64,000 nt of DNA from Candidatus Onstottus arcticum. Lineage in GTDB: Bacteria; Acidobacteriota; Blastocatellia; UBA7656. Made by a program: the position numbers and the translations under genes. A model generated the notes under the pieces. That model had not been told where the DNA came from. It was given only the letters and a program-made list of their open reading frames with translations, and searched no databases. Location: positions 15,633 through 79,632 of the forward strand of contig JBBPIE010000033.1 in assembly GCA_038040485.1 (NCBI GenBank). The letters are read 5' to 3'. Shown here one piece after another: positions 38,509-48,423 of this stretch. Every line of letters starts with the position of its first letter. The first letter of the stretch is position 1.

Positions 38509-38615
38509 GGGTCTCTGGTCTGTGGTTTCTGGTTTGTGGTTTCTGGTTTGTGGTTTCTGGTTCGTGTCCGCCGGCTTCTTTCGAACCGGAAACCAGAAAC
38601 CAGAAACTAGAAACC
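38509..38615. repeat. hairpin of tandem GGTTTCT-type heptamers abutting the prfA start codon
   Basis: Left arm 38509-38564 (gggtctctggtctgtggtttctggtttgtggtttctggtttgtggtttctggttcg). Loop tgtccgccggcttcttt. Right arm 38582-38615 (cgaaccggaaaccagaaaccagaaactagaaacc). The right arm overlaps the stop of the DUF1385 gene. Confidence 0.85.
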
Positions 38616-39710
38616 AACGTTTGCCGGCTCCAGCTTAAGCGACTCTTTCAGAGCATAGATCGCGACTTCCAACTGAGAATCGTCCGGTTCTTTCGTCGTG
38701 ATGTTCTGAAGCCACAATCCCGGCCGCGTGATCACCGAGAAAAACCATTGAGCCTTGCTGTTCGCCGACGCGCGAATAATCTCGTAAGACACACCGGCTA
38801 CCACCGGGATCAGCATCAGCCTCACAAGGAAGTTCAAAAACAGCGAGTCGAACTTCACCACCGAGAACGCGACTATCGAAACGATCATCACCACCATCAG
38901 AAAGCTCGTGCCGCAACGCGGGTGCTGCCGCCGCTTGGTGCGCGCGTTAGCGACCGTCAGCTCTTCGTCAGCTTCCCAGGTGTAGACGACTTTGTGCTCG
39001 GCGCCGTGATACTCAAAGACCCTTCGGATGTCACGAAGCAACGAGAAACTCGTGATCATTATCAGGAAGAACGTCATTCGTATCAGCCCGTCCACCAGGT
39101 TGAAAGCGACCGAAGGCCTGATCGGATGCAGCGCCGCGCGCAGCCACGCCCACGCGTCCGCGTACCACGTGCCGCTCGCCGACGCCGCGCCCATCGTCCC
39201 GCCTTCGAGATAGACAAAGAGCATATTGGTCAGCAGCAAGGGCAGCACGATAAACAACAGGACGTTGAAAAACAGGGCGAAGATAATCGATCCTGCCGCG
39301 CCTGCCGTTGTTGTCTTCCTGGCTTTTTGGGTTTTCGCCGCGGCGGACGGCCTGGACGCTGTCGCGACGCCTACAGCGGCGGTTGTCCCAAACATCGGCG
39401 TCACTCCGGGCGCCAACGGCTCTACTTTCTTGTCGTCCGCCGCGTCGCTCTCGGCTTCGTGAAAAGCCACATTGGCCGAAAAGTTCAACGCCTTGATCCC
39501 CAGCACCATCGATTGAAGAAGCACAGCCGAGCCGCGCAGCACCGGCAGCTTCAAGATCGGGTACTTCACCGAGAGCGCCGGCAGCAACTCGCTCTTTGAG
39601 ACGATCTCTCCGTTTGGCTTGCGGACCGCGACCGCGTACGAATGCGGTGCGCGCATCATCACGCCTTCGATGACCGCTTGCCCGCCGACGATGATCTGGT
39701 CTTCTCTCAT
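38607..39710 (-). CDS. DUF1385 (YqhQ-like) membrane protein
   Basis: [17 protein letters not shown]-terminus, EYHGAEHK motif, multi-TM. Sits in the conserved position between rpmE and prfA. Confidence 0.8.
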   Translation of the reverse strand: MREDQIIVGGQAVIEGVMMRAPHSYAVAVRKPNGEIVSKSELLPALSVKYPILKLPVLRGSAVLLQSMVLGIKALNFSANVAFHEAESDAADDKKVEPLAPGVTPMFGTTAAVGVATASRPSAAAKTQKARKTTTAGAAGSIIFALFFNVLLFIVLPLLLTNMLFVYLEGGTMGAASASGTWYADAWAWLRAALHPIRPSVAFNLVDGLIRMTFFLIMITSFSLLRDIRRVFEYHGAEHKVVYTWEADEELTVANARTKRRQHPRCGTSFLMVVMIVSIVAFSVVKFDSLFLNFLVRLMLIPVVAGVSYEIIRASANSKAQWFFSVITRPGLWLQNITTKEPDDSQLEVAIYALKESLKLEPANVGF

Positions 39711-39839
39711 AACTAACTGAAATAGAAATTGGTTGCCGGAATCCGCTTGCGCCTCAATCGCTCAAGGCTCTTGGAGAGAGCTTTCAGCGTTTACGAGGCG
39801 GCCGGGCGGTCCGACAACCAATATTCGGTTGTTGATGGC

Positions 39840-40079
39840 TTAAGCTTCGGTAGCTTCTGTAGCTTCGGTGGTACCTTCTGTCTTGCGGCCGTACCTGCGA
39901 TTGAAGCGCTCGACGCGCCCGGCGGTGTCCACAAGCTTCTGCTTGCCGGTGAAGAACGGATGGCAGCTCGAGCAGATCTCCAGCCGGATCTCGGACTTGG
40001 TCGAGCGAGTCTCCCACGTGGTACCGCACGCGCAATGCACGTTCGCGTTTACGTATTTCGGATGAATGTCAGCCTTCAC
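39840..40079 (-). CDS. rpmE: 50S ribosomal protein L31 (zinc-binding type) with an acidic TEATEATEA tail
   Basis: [48 protein letters not shown]. Confidence 0.9.
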   Translation of the reverse strand: MKADIHPKYVNANVHCACGTTWETRSTKSEIRLEICSSCHPFFTGKQKLVDTAGRVERFNRRYGRKTEGTTEATEATEA

Positions 40080-40238
40080 TTCATTGCTCCTGTCGGGAAA
40101 GTTTCAGTCAAAGCAACAAGTAAAGCTACCCGATGGCGCCAACGAGTGTCAAGCTTGACGCCAAAAACCAAGAACGCCGGGCGGAGGCTCGCGCCCTCGA
40201 CGCCGGCGATCCGGTTGTTATGGAGGAAGGGAATGGGT

Positions 40239-40982
40239 TTAGGGATGGCGCAGACTGAGATCGCCTGAGACTGACGACATCTTCAATCGCGCTGAACCCT
40301 CGCCGATCTTGCCGCGGGCCGAACTGCGCGAGCCGTACTTCTCGGTGCGCACCTCGAGCGGGAAGTCGGTCTTGATATCGCCGCTGAAGCTCGACATATC
40401 GACATCCGCGCCGAGGCTGGCCGGAAGCTTGACGCTCACGTCGCCGCTCACGCTGGAGAACTTCATATCGTCCCCGCCGTCGAGTCGATCTACGAGAACT
40501 TCGACATCGCCGCTGACGGACGACGCGCTCACCGCGCCGGAGATGTTCTTGACCCGCACGTCGCCGCTCACCGCGGAAGCATTCACGCGGCCGCTGACCC
40601 CGCTGACCTCGACGTCGCCGCTGACCGACGAGATTCCATCGAAGACGTAGCTAACCGAACGCGGCACCTGAACTTCAAACTGGATGCTCGCGTCGCAATC
40701 ACAGCGCTTGGGGTAGCGCACTCCGATATCAACCCGGCTGTCGGTGCTCTTGTCTTCGACCTCGACTTTGTCCTGGTCGCGGCCTTTCTTCGTTCCCTTG
40801 ACGACGATCGAGTCTCGGTCATAGGCGATCACTCGGACGTCTCCCGAGATATTGCCGATGTGAATCTGCCCGCCCGAAGCCAGCCGGTATGACTTCTGGA
40901 AGTCCTGGGCGGAAGCCGTCCCTGCCGCCACCAGGACGGCAAGCGACGCGATAATGGATAGGCGAAACTGTTTCTTGGTCAT
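40239..40982 (-). CDS. DUF4097-type beta-helical repeat protein, secreted
   Basis: Signal peptide. The SGDV/SGDI motif recurs about every 18-20 aa (ISGDVRV, VSGDVEV, VSGDVRV, VSGDVEVL, VSGDVSV, FSGDIKT, VSGDLSL). Confidence 0.7.
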   Translation of the reverse strand: MTKKQFRLSIIASLAVLVAAGTASAQDFQKSYRLASGGQIHIGNISGDVRVIAYDRDSIVVKGTKKGRDQDKVEVEDKSTDSRVDIGVRYPKRCDCDASIQFEVQVPRSVSYVFDGISSVSGDVEVSGVSGRVNASAVSGDVRVKNISGAVSASSVSGDVEVLVDRLDGGDDMKFSSVSGDVSVKLPASLGADVDMSSFSGDIKTDFPLEVRTEKYGSRSSARGKIGEGSARLKMSSVSGDLSLRHP

Positions 40983-41050
40983 ATTCAGTAGAACTCCTTA
41001 CGAGACTTTGTGTAAAACGCTAGTTAGTGGCGCTGTTCGCCGAAAGGTTT

Positions 41051-41165
41051 CACTATGGAGTGCATCTGCTCGTCGCAGTGAGGTGCGTGTCAGTAGCTCG
41101 ACCGTCAGAAAGAGCTCTCCCTAACGGTCGAGCTACCGACACGATAAGCAGCACCGCTCCATAGT
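41051..41165. other. ~115-nt nested stem-loop element in a divergent intergenic region
   Basis: Inner 12-bp stem: GTAGCTCGACCG (41093-41104) pairs with CGGTCGAGCTAC (41125-41136). Outer 8-bp stem: CTATGGAG (41053-41060) pairs with CTCCATAG (41157-41164). Confidence 0.5.
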
Positions 41166-41222
41166 CGGGTTGACGCGATAGCAAGCGGGTAACACAATAG
41201 GGCGTCGGGTCGGGGGCGAGCG

Positions 41223-41564
41223 ATGAGCACGATGACTTGTGATTCAACCGCGGTGGTTCTGACGGATGATGAAATCGCCCACAGGTTAGCGGCGCTGACG
41301 GGTTGGTCAAACAACGGGAGGTGGATCGAGAAGACCTACCGGTTCAAGAACTTCCTGCGTGCGATGTCATTCTTGAACGCCGTGGCTTACCTTGCCGAGT
41401 CTGTCAATCATCATCCGGACTTGATGATTCATTACCGCGAACTGACTGTTCGCAACTGGACTCACATAGCTGGCGGCATAACAGAACACGACTTCTCGCT
41501 CGCTGCGAGGATTGACCAGCTAGTCCGCGATCACGAATCCAGACGAGAATCAAACCAGGGGTAG
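41223..41564 (+). CDS. pterin-4-alpha-carbinolamine dehydratase
   Basis: Size (113 aa) plus AESVNHHPDLMIHYRELTVRNWTH (HHPD motif). Confidence 0.85.
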   Translation: MSTMTCDSTAVVLTDDEIAHRLAALTGWSNNGRWIEKTYRFKNFLRAMSFLNAVAYLAESVNHHPDLMIHYRELTVRNWTHIAGGITEHDFSLAARIDQLVRDHESRRESNQG

Positions 41565-41570
41565 TTCGAA

Positions 41571-42266
41571 ATGGCGCTCATACCTGACAAAGACCAGGCG
41601 ACGATCCGAACTCACTTCGTCGAGCACCTCGAAAGCGACGTCGAGATAGTGATGCTTACCGAGCGGCCTTCGCCAATCATCATCCCCGGCAAGCAAGGCT
41701 GCGAGACGTGCGAGGATACAGAGAGCTTGCTCAAGGAAGTCGTGGCGCTTTCAGACAAGCTCAAGCTGACGGTGCACGACGTCAGCGTCTCGAAAGACGA
41801 AGCTCTCAAACTGGAAATCGATCACGTTCCGGCGTTCGTCATCAATGGAGCCGCGCGAGGCAAAGTGCGCTTCTTCGGAATCCCGTCAGGCTATGAGTTC
41901 TCGGCGTTGATCGCCGACCTCGTTGACGTATCGAGAGGGACGACTGATCTCTCGGATGAGACTCGCGAGTATCTCTCGGCGCTCACCGAAGACATGAACA
42001 TCAAAGTATTTACGACCCCTACCTGACCGTATTGCCCGCCTGCGGCCAGGTTGGCCCACCAGATGGCGGTTGAAAGCGAGCGAGTGACGGCCGATGTGAT
42101 CGAAGCGATGGAGTTCCCCGATCTCGCGCGGCGGTACGCGGTGAGGGGCGTTCCTAAGATTGTCATCAACGACCTCGCCGAGTTTGTTGGAGCTTTGCCT
42201 GAAGCGGAGTACCTCGCACAGATTCGGGCGGCAGTCGAAGCGAATGGAAGCAAAGCAAACGAGTAG
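41571..42266 (+). CDS. two-domain glutaredoxin-like protein disulfide oxidoreductase, probable selenoprotein (UGA at 42024-42026 read as Sec, UPYC motif)
   Basis: ORFs 41571-42026 and 42051-42266 share one frame and are separated only by the TGA. Read-through gives ..NIKVFTTPT-U-PYCPPAARLAHQMAVE..EFPDLARRYAVRGVPKIVIND. This is the canonical second thioredoxin-fold unit of archaeal/bacterial PDO-type proteins (TPTCPYCP...VPxIVI). The first unit carries CETC. Confidence 0.6.
42036..42069 (+). promoter_or_regulatory. candidate bacterial SECIS hairpin
   Basis: CCGCC (42036-42040) pairs with GGCGG (42065-42069). The apical stem GGCC (42044-42047) pairs with GGCC (42053-42056), with loop AGGUU. 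The loop G/U nucleotides lie 23-26 nt after the UGA. Confidence 0.4.
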
Positions 42267-42314
42267 AACACAGCGGATTACAAAAACCATCTTATTAGAA
42301 AGGGAACCCAACGC

Positions 42315-43517
42315 ATGGACTTCGAGTTTTCCGACAAGGTGAAACAGCTTCAAAAAAAGGTCACGGCATTCATGGATGAGCACGTCTATCCGAATGAGAA
42401 GACGTACCACAAACAGATCGACGAGGGCGATCGATGGCAGCCGACGGCGATAATCGAAGAGCTCAAGCCGAAGGCGCGCGCCGAAGGGTTGTGGAATCTC
42501 TTTCTGCCTGAGAACCCGTTCGGCGAAGGATTGTCGAACCTCGAGTACGCGCCGCTGTGCGAAATCATGGGGCGCTCGCCGATGGCGCCCGAAGTCTTCA
42601 ACTGCTCGGCGCCCGACACCGGAAACATGGAGGTGTTGGCGCGCTACGGGTCGGATGAGCAAAAAGAGAAATGGCTAAAGCCGCTGCTCGACGGCAAGAT
42701 TCGTTCGTGCTTCTCGATGACCGAGCCGGCGGTCGCCTCGTCGGATGCGACTAACATTCAATCAAGCATAGCGCGTGACGGCGACAGCTACGTCATCAAC
42801 GGCCATAAGTGGTGGAGCTCCGGCGCCGGCGATCCGCGCTGCAAGATCTCGATTTTCATGGGCAAGACCGATCCCACCGCGCCGACTCACAAACAACAGT
42901 CGATGATCCTTGTGCCGATGGATGCGCCGGGCATCAGGATCAAGCGGATGCTTACGGTGTTCGGCTACGATCACGCGCCGCACGGACACGGCGAAGTGAC
43001 CTTCGAGAACGTGCGCGTGCCGGCGTCGAACCTGCTGCTAGGCGAAGGACGCGGCTTCGAGATCGCTCAGGGAAGACTGGGGCCGGGGCGGATACATCAC
43101 TGCATGAGACTGGTCGGGCTTGCGGAGCGGTCGCTGGAAACAATGTGTAAGCGAGTCAGCTCGCGAGTTGCGTTTGGCAAGAAACTCTCGGAGCAGGGGA
43201 CGATTCGAGCCGACATCGCAACGCATCGAATTGAGATCGAGCAGGCGCGACTCTTGACGTTGAAGGCCGCTTACATGATGGACACGGTCGGCAACAAGAC
43301 GGCTCGCGCGGAGATAGCGATGATCAAGGTGATCGTGCCAAACATGGCTTTGCGAGTGATCGACAGTGCGATACAGGCTTGCGGCGGAGGCGGCGTGAGT
43401 CAGGAGTTTGAGCTAGCGGCGGCGTGGGCGGGCGCTCGAACGCTGCGGTTGGCCGACGGCCCTGACGAAGTGCATCGCGAAGCTATAGCCAAGCTCGAGC
43501 TGAAAAAGTACGAGTAG
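42315..43517 (+). CDS. acyl-CoA dehydrogenase family protein (ACAD10/11-like)
   Basis: [29 protein letters not shown]-terminus, [11 protein letters not shown], and a C-terminal DGPDEVH motif typical of this subfamily. Confidence 0.85.
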   Translation: MDFEFSDKVKQLQKKVTAFMDEHVYPNEKTYHKQIDEGDRWQPTAIIEELKPKARAEGLWNLFLPENPFGEGLSNLEYAPLCEIMGRSPMAPEVFNCSAPDTGNMEVLARYGSDEQKEKWLKPLLDGKIRSCFSMTEPAVASSDATNIQSSIARDGDSYVINGHKWWSSGAGDPRCKISIFMGKTDPTAPTHKQQSMILVPMDAPGIRIKRMLTVFGYDHAPHGHGEVTFENVRVPASNLLLGEGRGFEIAQGRLGPGRIHHCMRLVGLAERSLETMCKRVSSRVAFGKKLSEQGTIRADIATHRIEIEQARLLTLKAAYMMDTVGNKTARAEIAMIKVIVPNMALRVIDSAIQACGGGGVSQEFELAAAWAGARTLRLADGPDEVHREAIAKLELKKYE

Positions 43518-43522
43518 CGAGC

Positions 43523-43606
43523 ATAGACCACGGATAGGACAGATTTAACGGATCATCACGGATCAGAACCGTGCGATCCGTCGAACCCGCGTCATCCGTG
43601 GTCTAT
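43523..43606. repeat. hairpin containing CACGGAT(C)-type heptamer copies
   Basis: ATAGACCACGGAT (43523-43535) is the reverse complement of ATCCGTGGTCTAT (43594-43606). There are internal ACGGATC / GATCCGT pairs. It lies between same-strand genes. Confidence 0.75.
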
Positions 43607-43629
43607 TCCTGAACACCTCAGAGGGGAAG

Positions 43630-44398
<769 letters not shown>

Positions 44399-44412
<14 letters not shown>

Positions 44413-44899
44413 GTGTCAGTTTGCTCTCTTGAGTTCCACGAGGAGTCTCAGTCGTACGGTGAACCTTGAGAGTCTTTCCGCCATCAGCCAGCTCCCAGTG
44501 TTCGACCCGAGTGATCTTGATGTCGTTACCCTGGACATTCGCGTTCTGAACGGAGTTCAGCTCCAGGATCTTGCCATCGCCTTGCCACTTCGCTGAAAGC
44601 GTAGCCTTGCCGGGCATGCGTCCTGTGACTTCGGCTGTTGTCTCACTGCCGTCCAGATTGTAGGTCCTCTTCTGAGCCGGCATTTCCTGCTGGCCGCCTG
44701 AGAACTGCATCTCCAGGTTGACTGTCTTTGCATCCTGAGTGACGACCCAGGTCTGGTCCACGCTGGCCATCGGTCCCTGCAAGCCCTCGCTCTTCGCTTT
44801 GTCGAGCACCCAGGTGCCCGCGAAGTTCGTTCCCGCTGCGCTGACCGATCCAACGACCAGAACGCAGAACAACGCTACTGCTACTGAAATCCGCTTCAT
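44399..44899 (-). CDS. secreted small beta-rich hypothetical protein
   Basis: Signal peptide [23 protein letters not shown] followed by [13 protein letters not shown]. The 3' end overlaps the convergent SDR gene by 14 nt. Confidence 0.5.
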
Positions 44900-45050
44900 A
44901 TCAACTCTCCTTCTTCATCCATGTGTGTATTGAGAATTCACTCGGGCGTTTTCCCTGATGACTGCTGATAGAACTTGGTGAGTGTTTTCGCCGTTGGCTG
45001 AAACGATGCAGGATGGATTGTGGTTACAACCAAATCGCCGCGCTCCCAGG

Positions 45051-45692
45051 CTAGGCGGGCTTCTTCCAAGCCAGCATCATTCCGTCTCGCACGGTGAGGC
45101 AGACATTTTCTACTCGCGGGTCGGACTGAACGAGCTTGTCGAAGGCGACTATGGCGTGATCGTCCGGGCTTTCAGGATGAAGCACGCGCCCGCTCCACAA
45201 GACGTTGTCTGCGACGATCAAACCGCCGGGCCTCACTATTGGAAGAACCGCTTCGTAGTAGTTCGAGTAGTTCCCTTTGTCGGCGTCGATGAACACCATA
45301 TCCAGCGGTCCGCTCAGGGTCTTGATCGTGTCCAGCGCCGGTCCCAATCTAATCTCGATCTTGTGACCATTGGGGCTTTCGGCAAAGTAGCGGCTGGCGA
45401 TTGCTTCAGCCTTGGGGTCGACGTCGCACGTGATTATCTTTCCGTCTTCCGGAAGGCCTTCGGCCATCATCAACGCGCTGTAGCCGGTGAACATGCCGAT
45501 CTCGAGGATTCGGCGCGCGCCGGTCAGCCGCACAAGCATCTTCAGAAAGCGGCCTTCGATGCGGCCCACCTGCATCTGCGGGCAGTTCATGTCTCGATAA
45601 GTTTCGTCACGCAAGCGAAGAAACAAATCCGATTCAGGCTCGGTATGATCGTGAGCGAATTGCTCGACTGCTTCGTTGATGAATGGTTCCAT
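45051..45692 (-). CDS. class I SAM-dependent O-methyltransferase (caffeoyl-CoA OMT-like, family 3)
   Basis: Start at MEPFINEAV, preceded by AAGGGAGAA. ILEIGMFTGYSAL SAM motif and VFIDADK metal-binding motif. Confidence 0.8.
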   Translation of the reverse strand: MEPFINEAVEQFAHDHTEPESDLFLRLRDETYRDMNCPQMQVGRIEGRFLKMLVRLTGARRILEIGMFTGYSALMMAEGLPEDGKIITCDVDPKAEAIASRYFAESPNGHKIEIRLGPALDTIKTLSGPLDMVFIDADKGNYSNYYEAVLPIVRPGGLIVADNVLWSGRVLHPESPDDHAIVAFDKLVQSDPRVENVCLTVRDGMMLAWKKPA

Positions 45693-45709
45693 AATCGTTC
45701 TCCCTTTTT

Positions 45710-45737
45710 GGAGTGCGGCGACTTGTCGCCGCACTCC
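45710..45737. repeat. 13-bp perfect hairpin between the S9 peptidase and O-methyltransferase genes
   Basis: GGAGTGCGGCGAC tt GTCGCCGCACTCC, flanked by TTTTT on one side and AAA on the other. It shares the GGAGTGC/GCACTCC core with the REP-like hairpins at 57.3 kb. Confidence 0.8.
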
Positions 45738-45740
45738 AAA

Positions 45741-48041
45741 CTAGTCGGGTTCCTTCGCCGAATCGGGCGTTTCTTTTTTCTTCTCTTCCGCCTTCTCGTC
45801 TTTCAAAGTCTGTAGCAAGTCTTTCCACTCGAACCAGCCTTGCTTGCCCCGAATCCACTTCTCGAACCAGTTGAACTCCGCGACCATCTTGACCATCTGG
45901 TTGCGAGGATCGGGAATGCCGTGAGTCGCTCCGGGATAAACCAGGAACTCGGTCGGCACGCCAAGTTTCTTCAGCGCCATGTGAAGCTCTTCGCTTTGAG
46001 GGCGTGGCACGCGCGGGTCGCCGTCGACTACGTGGATGAGAGTCGGTGTCTTTGCGTTCTTGATGTACTTGAGCGGTGACACGTTCCAGTACTCCTCAAA
46101 GCGATCGTAAGGCAACCCGCCGTAGTAGAACTCGCGATTGCGTTGGATGTCGCTCTGCGCGTACATCGAAATCCAGTTCACGGCGCCGGCGCCCGACGAG
46201 ATCGCTTTGAAGCGGGTGGTGTGGGTGAGTATCCAGTTAGACCAGTGGCCGCCGGCGCTCCAGCCCATCGAGCCCATCTTGTCGCCATCGACGATGCCCT
46301 GCGCGATCAGATAATCCACGCCGGTCATTATGTCGTCGTAGCCGAGCCGAAAATACTCGCCCCCGACTTCGCCGCCGATTTCCATTCGATGTTTCTCGCC
46401 GTATCTCGACGAGCCGCGATAGTTCGGCATCAGACACGCATAGCCTGCTCCCGCGTACACGTTCGAGTAGTTGACATAGCGGGCGTTGAAGTTCAAAAGG
46501 TCCACCCCCGCCGGGCCTCCATGAATCTGAACGATCAGCGGATAGCGTTTGCCCTTTTCGTAGCCGACTGGTTTGACGAGGATGCCTTCGACCATCCGGC
46601 CATCGCTTGATTTCCACTGAACAACTTCCGTTTCACCCAGCGCGATCTGTTTGATCTGCGGATTCTCGTCGGTCAAGCGCTTCCACGACGAGCGGTTCGC
46701 CACCTTGTCGAGCGAAGCGACTGCGTAGATGTCTCCCGGTGTCACCGGATCGGAGTAGTTGACCGTAATCACACCGGTGTCGTCGTCCTGACTCGCAGCG
46801 ATCACTCCGTTCTCTTGAGTCAGTTGAGTGACTTTTCCTGTCTCGGTCGAAACAGAACAGAGCTGGCTCGTCGCCCGAACACCAGCGTTGAAATAGATCG
46901 TTTTGCCGTCCCTGGACCAGAAGCCCGGAGTCAGGTCGTAGTCATAATCCGCGCCCAGCTTCCTCCAAGTGCCGCCGGTGACCGGCCGCACGTACAGCTT
47001 CCGTCCTCGGAAGTAAGTGAAGTCGTCGGAAGCGGAGAACGCGATCATCGAGCCGTCCGGCGAAAATGAAAGCGCGCTTTCGTTGATGTCCTTGTTGTTG
47101 GTCAGGCGCTCGATCTTGCCCGTGCCGATCTCCATCAGGTAAAGGTCCGCGTAATCGGAAGCTTCGGTGATCGTGCGCAAGTAGCGGTCTTTCGGCTGGC
47201 CCTCAAACCCGATCCACTTCGAGTCGCGCGAGATCGTGACCCCGCTGACGCTGTAGCCTTCCCCCGAAGTAAGCCGCGTTTCCTTCCTGGCTTCCAGATC
47301 AAACGCCCACAGATGGGTCAGCGGAGGCTCTTCGTTGCGAATGCGCACGTCGAACTTTTTGTCTTTGCGTTCCTTGTTCGCTTTGTCGAACGAATCAGGC
47401 GAGAGGAAGCAAATACGCTTGCTGTCCGGTGAGAACTGCCAGGAAGAAACCGGCGTCGCGTGTTTGGTCAATTGAGTGGGCGCTTCGGTTTCGATCTTGT
47501 CTATAGCTATGATCCAGACCTGCTGCTCTTCATCTTTGCCGGCAGAGAGGGCGAGCCACTTTCCGTCGCGGCTGAAGGCGAACGCGCCTGCTCCGTCCTT
47601 CGCGTCTGTGATCTTGCGAGCTTCACCGCCGTCGGGCCTCATCAAGTAGAGCTGGTTTTGAGTCGGCGAGGACGCGGGAGCTTCGCGGTTCGATGCGAAG
47701 ACAAAGAACTTTCCATCACGCGACCATCGCGGCGTGGTTTCGTTCTTGTCTTTTGTAAAGGTCATCTGGCGAGTCGACGCGACACCAGAATCAAGCGAGA
47801 CAAGATAAACATCGGTGAAGCTCTTCGCCGCCTTCCAATCCGGGACCGACAATGTGTAAAGCATCCACTTGCCGTCAGGGCTGAGCGCCGCGCCGGCGGA
47901 CGAGCGCATGCTCATGATGTCCGAGAAAGTCATCGGTCGCTTCGAGGTTGTTTGCGCCGATGCGGAAACCGCGGCAGCGATTGCGGCGATTGACGCGAGC
48001 GCGACGAAACGCGCTTTGTAAGAGATGTACAGGGCTCTCAT
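45741..48041 (-). CDS. S9 family serine peptidase (prolyl oligopeptidase / acylaminoacyl peptidase type) with TolB-like propeller
   Basis: Signal peptide. N-terminal beta-propeller with repeated SPDGK motifs. Catalytic GWSAGG nucleophile. C-terminal D and H region (HVVDGDPRVP..YPGATHG). Confidence 0.85.
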   Translation of the reverse strand: MRALYISYKARFVALASIAAIAAAVSASAQTTSKRPMTFSDIMSMRSSAGAALSPDGKWMLYTLSVPDWKAAKSFTDVYLVSLDSGVASTRQMTFTKDKNETTPRWSRDGKFFVFASNREAPASSPTQNQLYLMRPDGGEARKITDAKDGAGAFAFSRDGKWLALSAGKDEEQQVWIIAIDKIETEAPTQLTKHATPVSSWQFSPDSKRICFLSPDSFDKANKERKDKKFDVRIRNEEPPLTHLWAFDLEARKETRLTSGEGYSVSGVTISRDSKWIGFEGQPKDRYLRTITEASDYADLYLMEIGTGKIERLTNNKDINESALSFSPDGSMIAFSASDDFTYFRGRKLYVRPVTGGTWRKLGADYDYDLTPGFWSRDGKTIYFNAGVRATSQLCSVSTETGKVTQLTQENGVIAASQDDDTGVITVNYSDPVTPGDIYAVASLDKVANRSSWKRLTDENPQIKQIALGETEVVQWKSSDGRMVEGILVKPVGYEKGKRYPLIVQIHGGPAGVDLLNFNARYVNYSNVYAGAGYACLMPNYRGSSRYGEKHRMEIGGEVGGEYFRLGYDDIMTGVDYLIAQGIVDGDKMGSMGWSAGGHWSNWILTHTTRFKAISSGAGAVNWISMYAQSDIQRNREFYYGGLPYDRFEEYWNVSPLKYIKNAKTPTLIHVVDGDPRVPRPQSEELHMALKKLGVPTEFLVYPGATHGIPDPRNQMVKMVAEFNWFEKWIRGKQGWFEWKDLLQTLKDEKAEEKKKETPDSAKEPD

Positions 48042-48423
48042 TCAATCCTCCTGTCACTGCGGTCGGCAGCCCTTTCTCATCCGTGTTTCCGGCTGACACG
48101 CGGGCTTCCAGAATCTGCAAGGACTACTTCGGTGATCAAAAAACGCTCAAGGGTGGAGACTGAACCGGTGAGCCGTCAGCTCCGCTTGACGAGTGTCTAG
48201 CACACTGCGCGGTGAACGATATATCGAAGCAGAGGGCAGGTGCAACAGACATCGTGAGCGAGAGCATGGCGCGAATCTTCTTCCGTCGCCCAAGGCGTTC
48301 GTTGAACTTTTGTCCACTCGCCGGTAAGGCTTCGTGGCGTGGAGCCAAGCGAGAAAGTCGATGATGGCAACGTGTGCCGGGAATGAATAGCACGACGTCA
48401 TTTGGCCGAGCGGATTTCGGTAT

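Noticed and set aside
38550-39599. 349-aa plus-strand ORF antisense to the DUF1385 gene
   Set aside because: The translation is extremely Arg/His/Gln-rich and begins inside the heptamer repeat. The opposite strand encodes a well-recognised DUF1385 protein.
42024-42026. Reading the TGA as a genuine stop that creates two separate small thioredoxin-fold genes, or as a pseudogenising mutation
   Set aside because: Not fully excluded. It is less likely because the stop replaces precisely the first active-site Cys, the frame is otherwise intact for 231 codons, the downstream piece lacks its own start signals, and a hairpin sits at SECIS distance. It is kept as the alternative hypothesis in the finding.
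48136-48401. Two overlapping ~85-aa minus-strand ORFs downstream of the nitrilase-like gene
   Set aside because: They overlap each other in different frames, lack start contexts and motifs, and look like random ORFs in non-coding flank DNA. I could not support a third gene for the islet.
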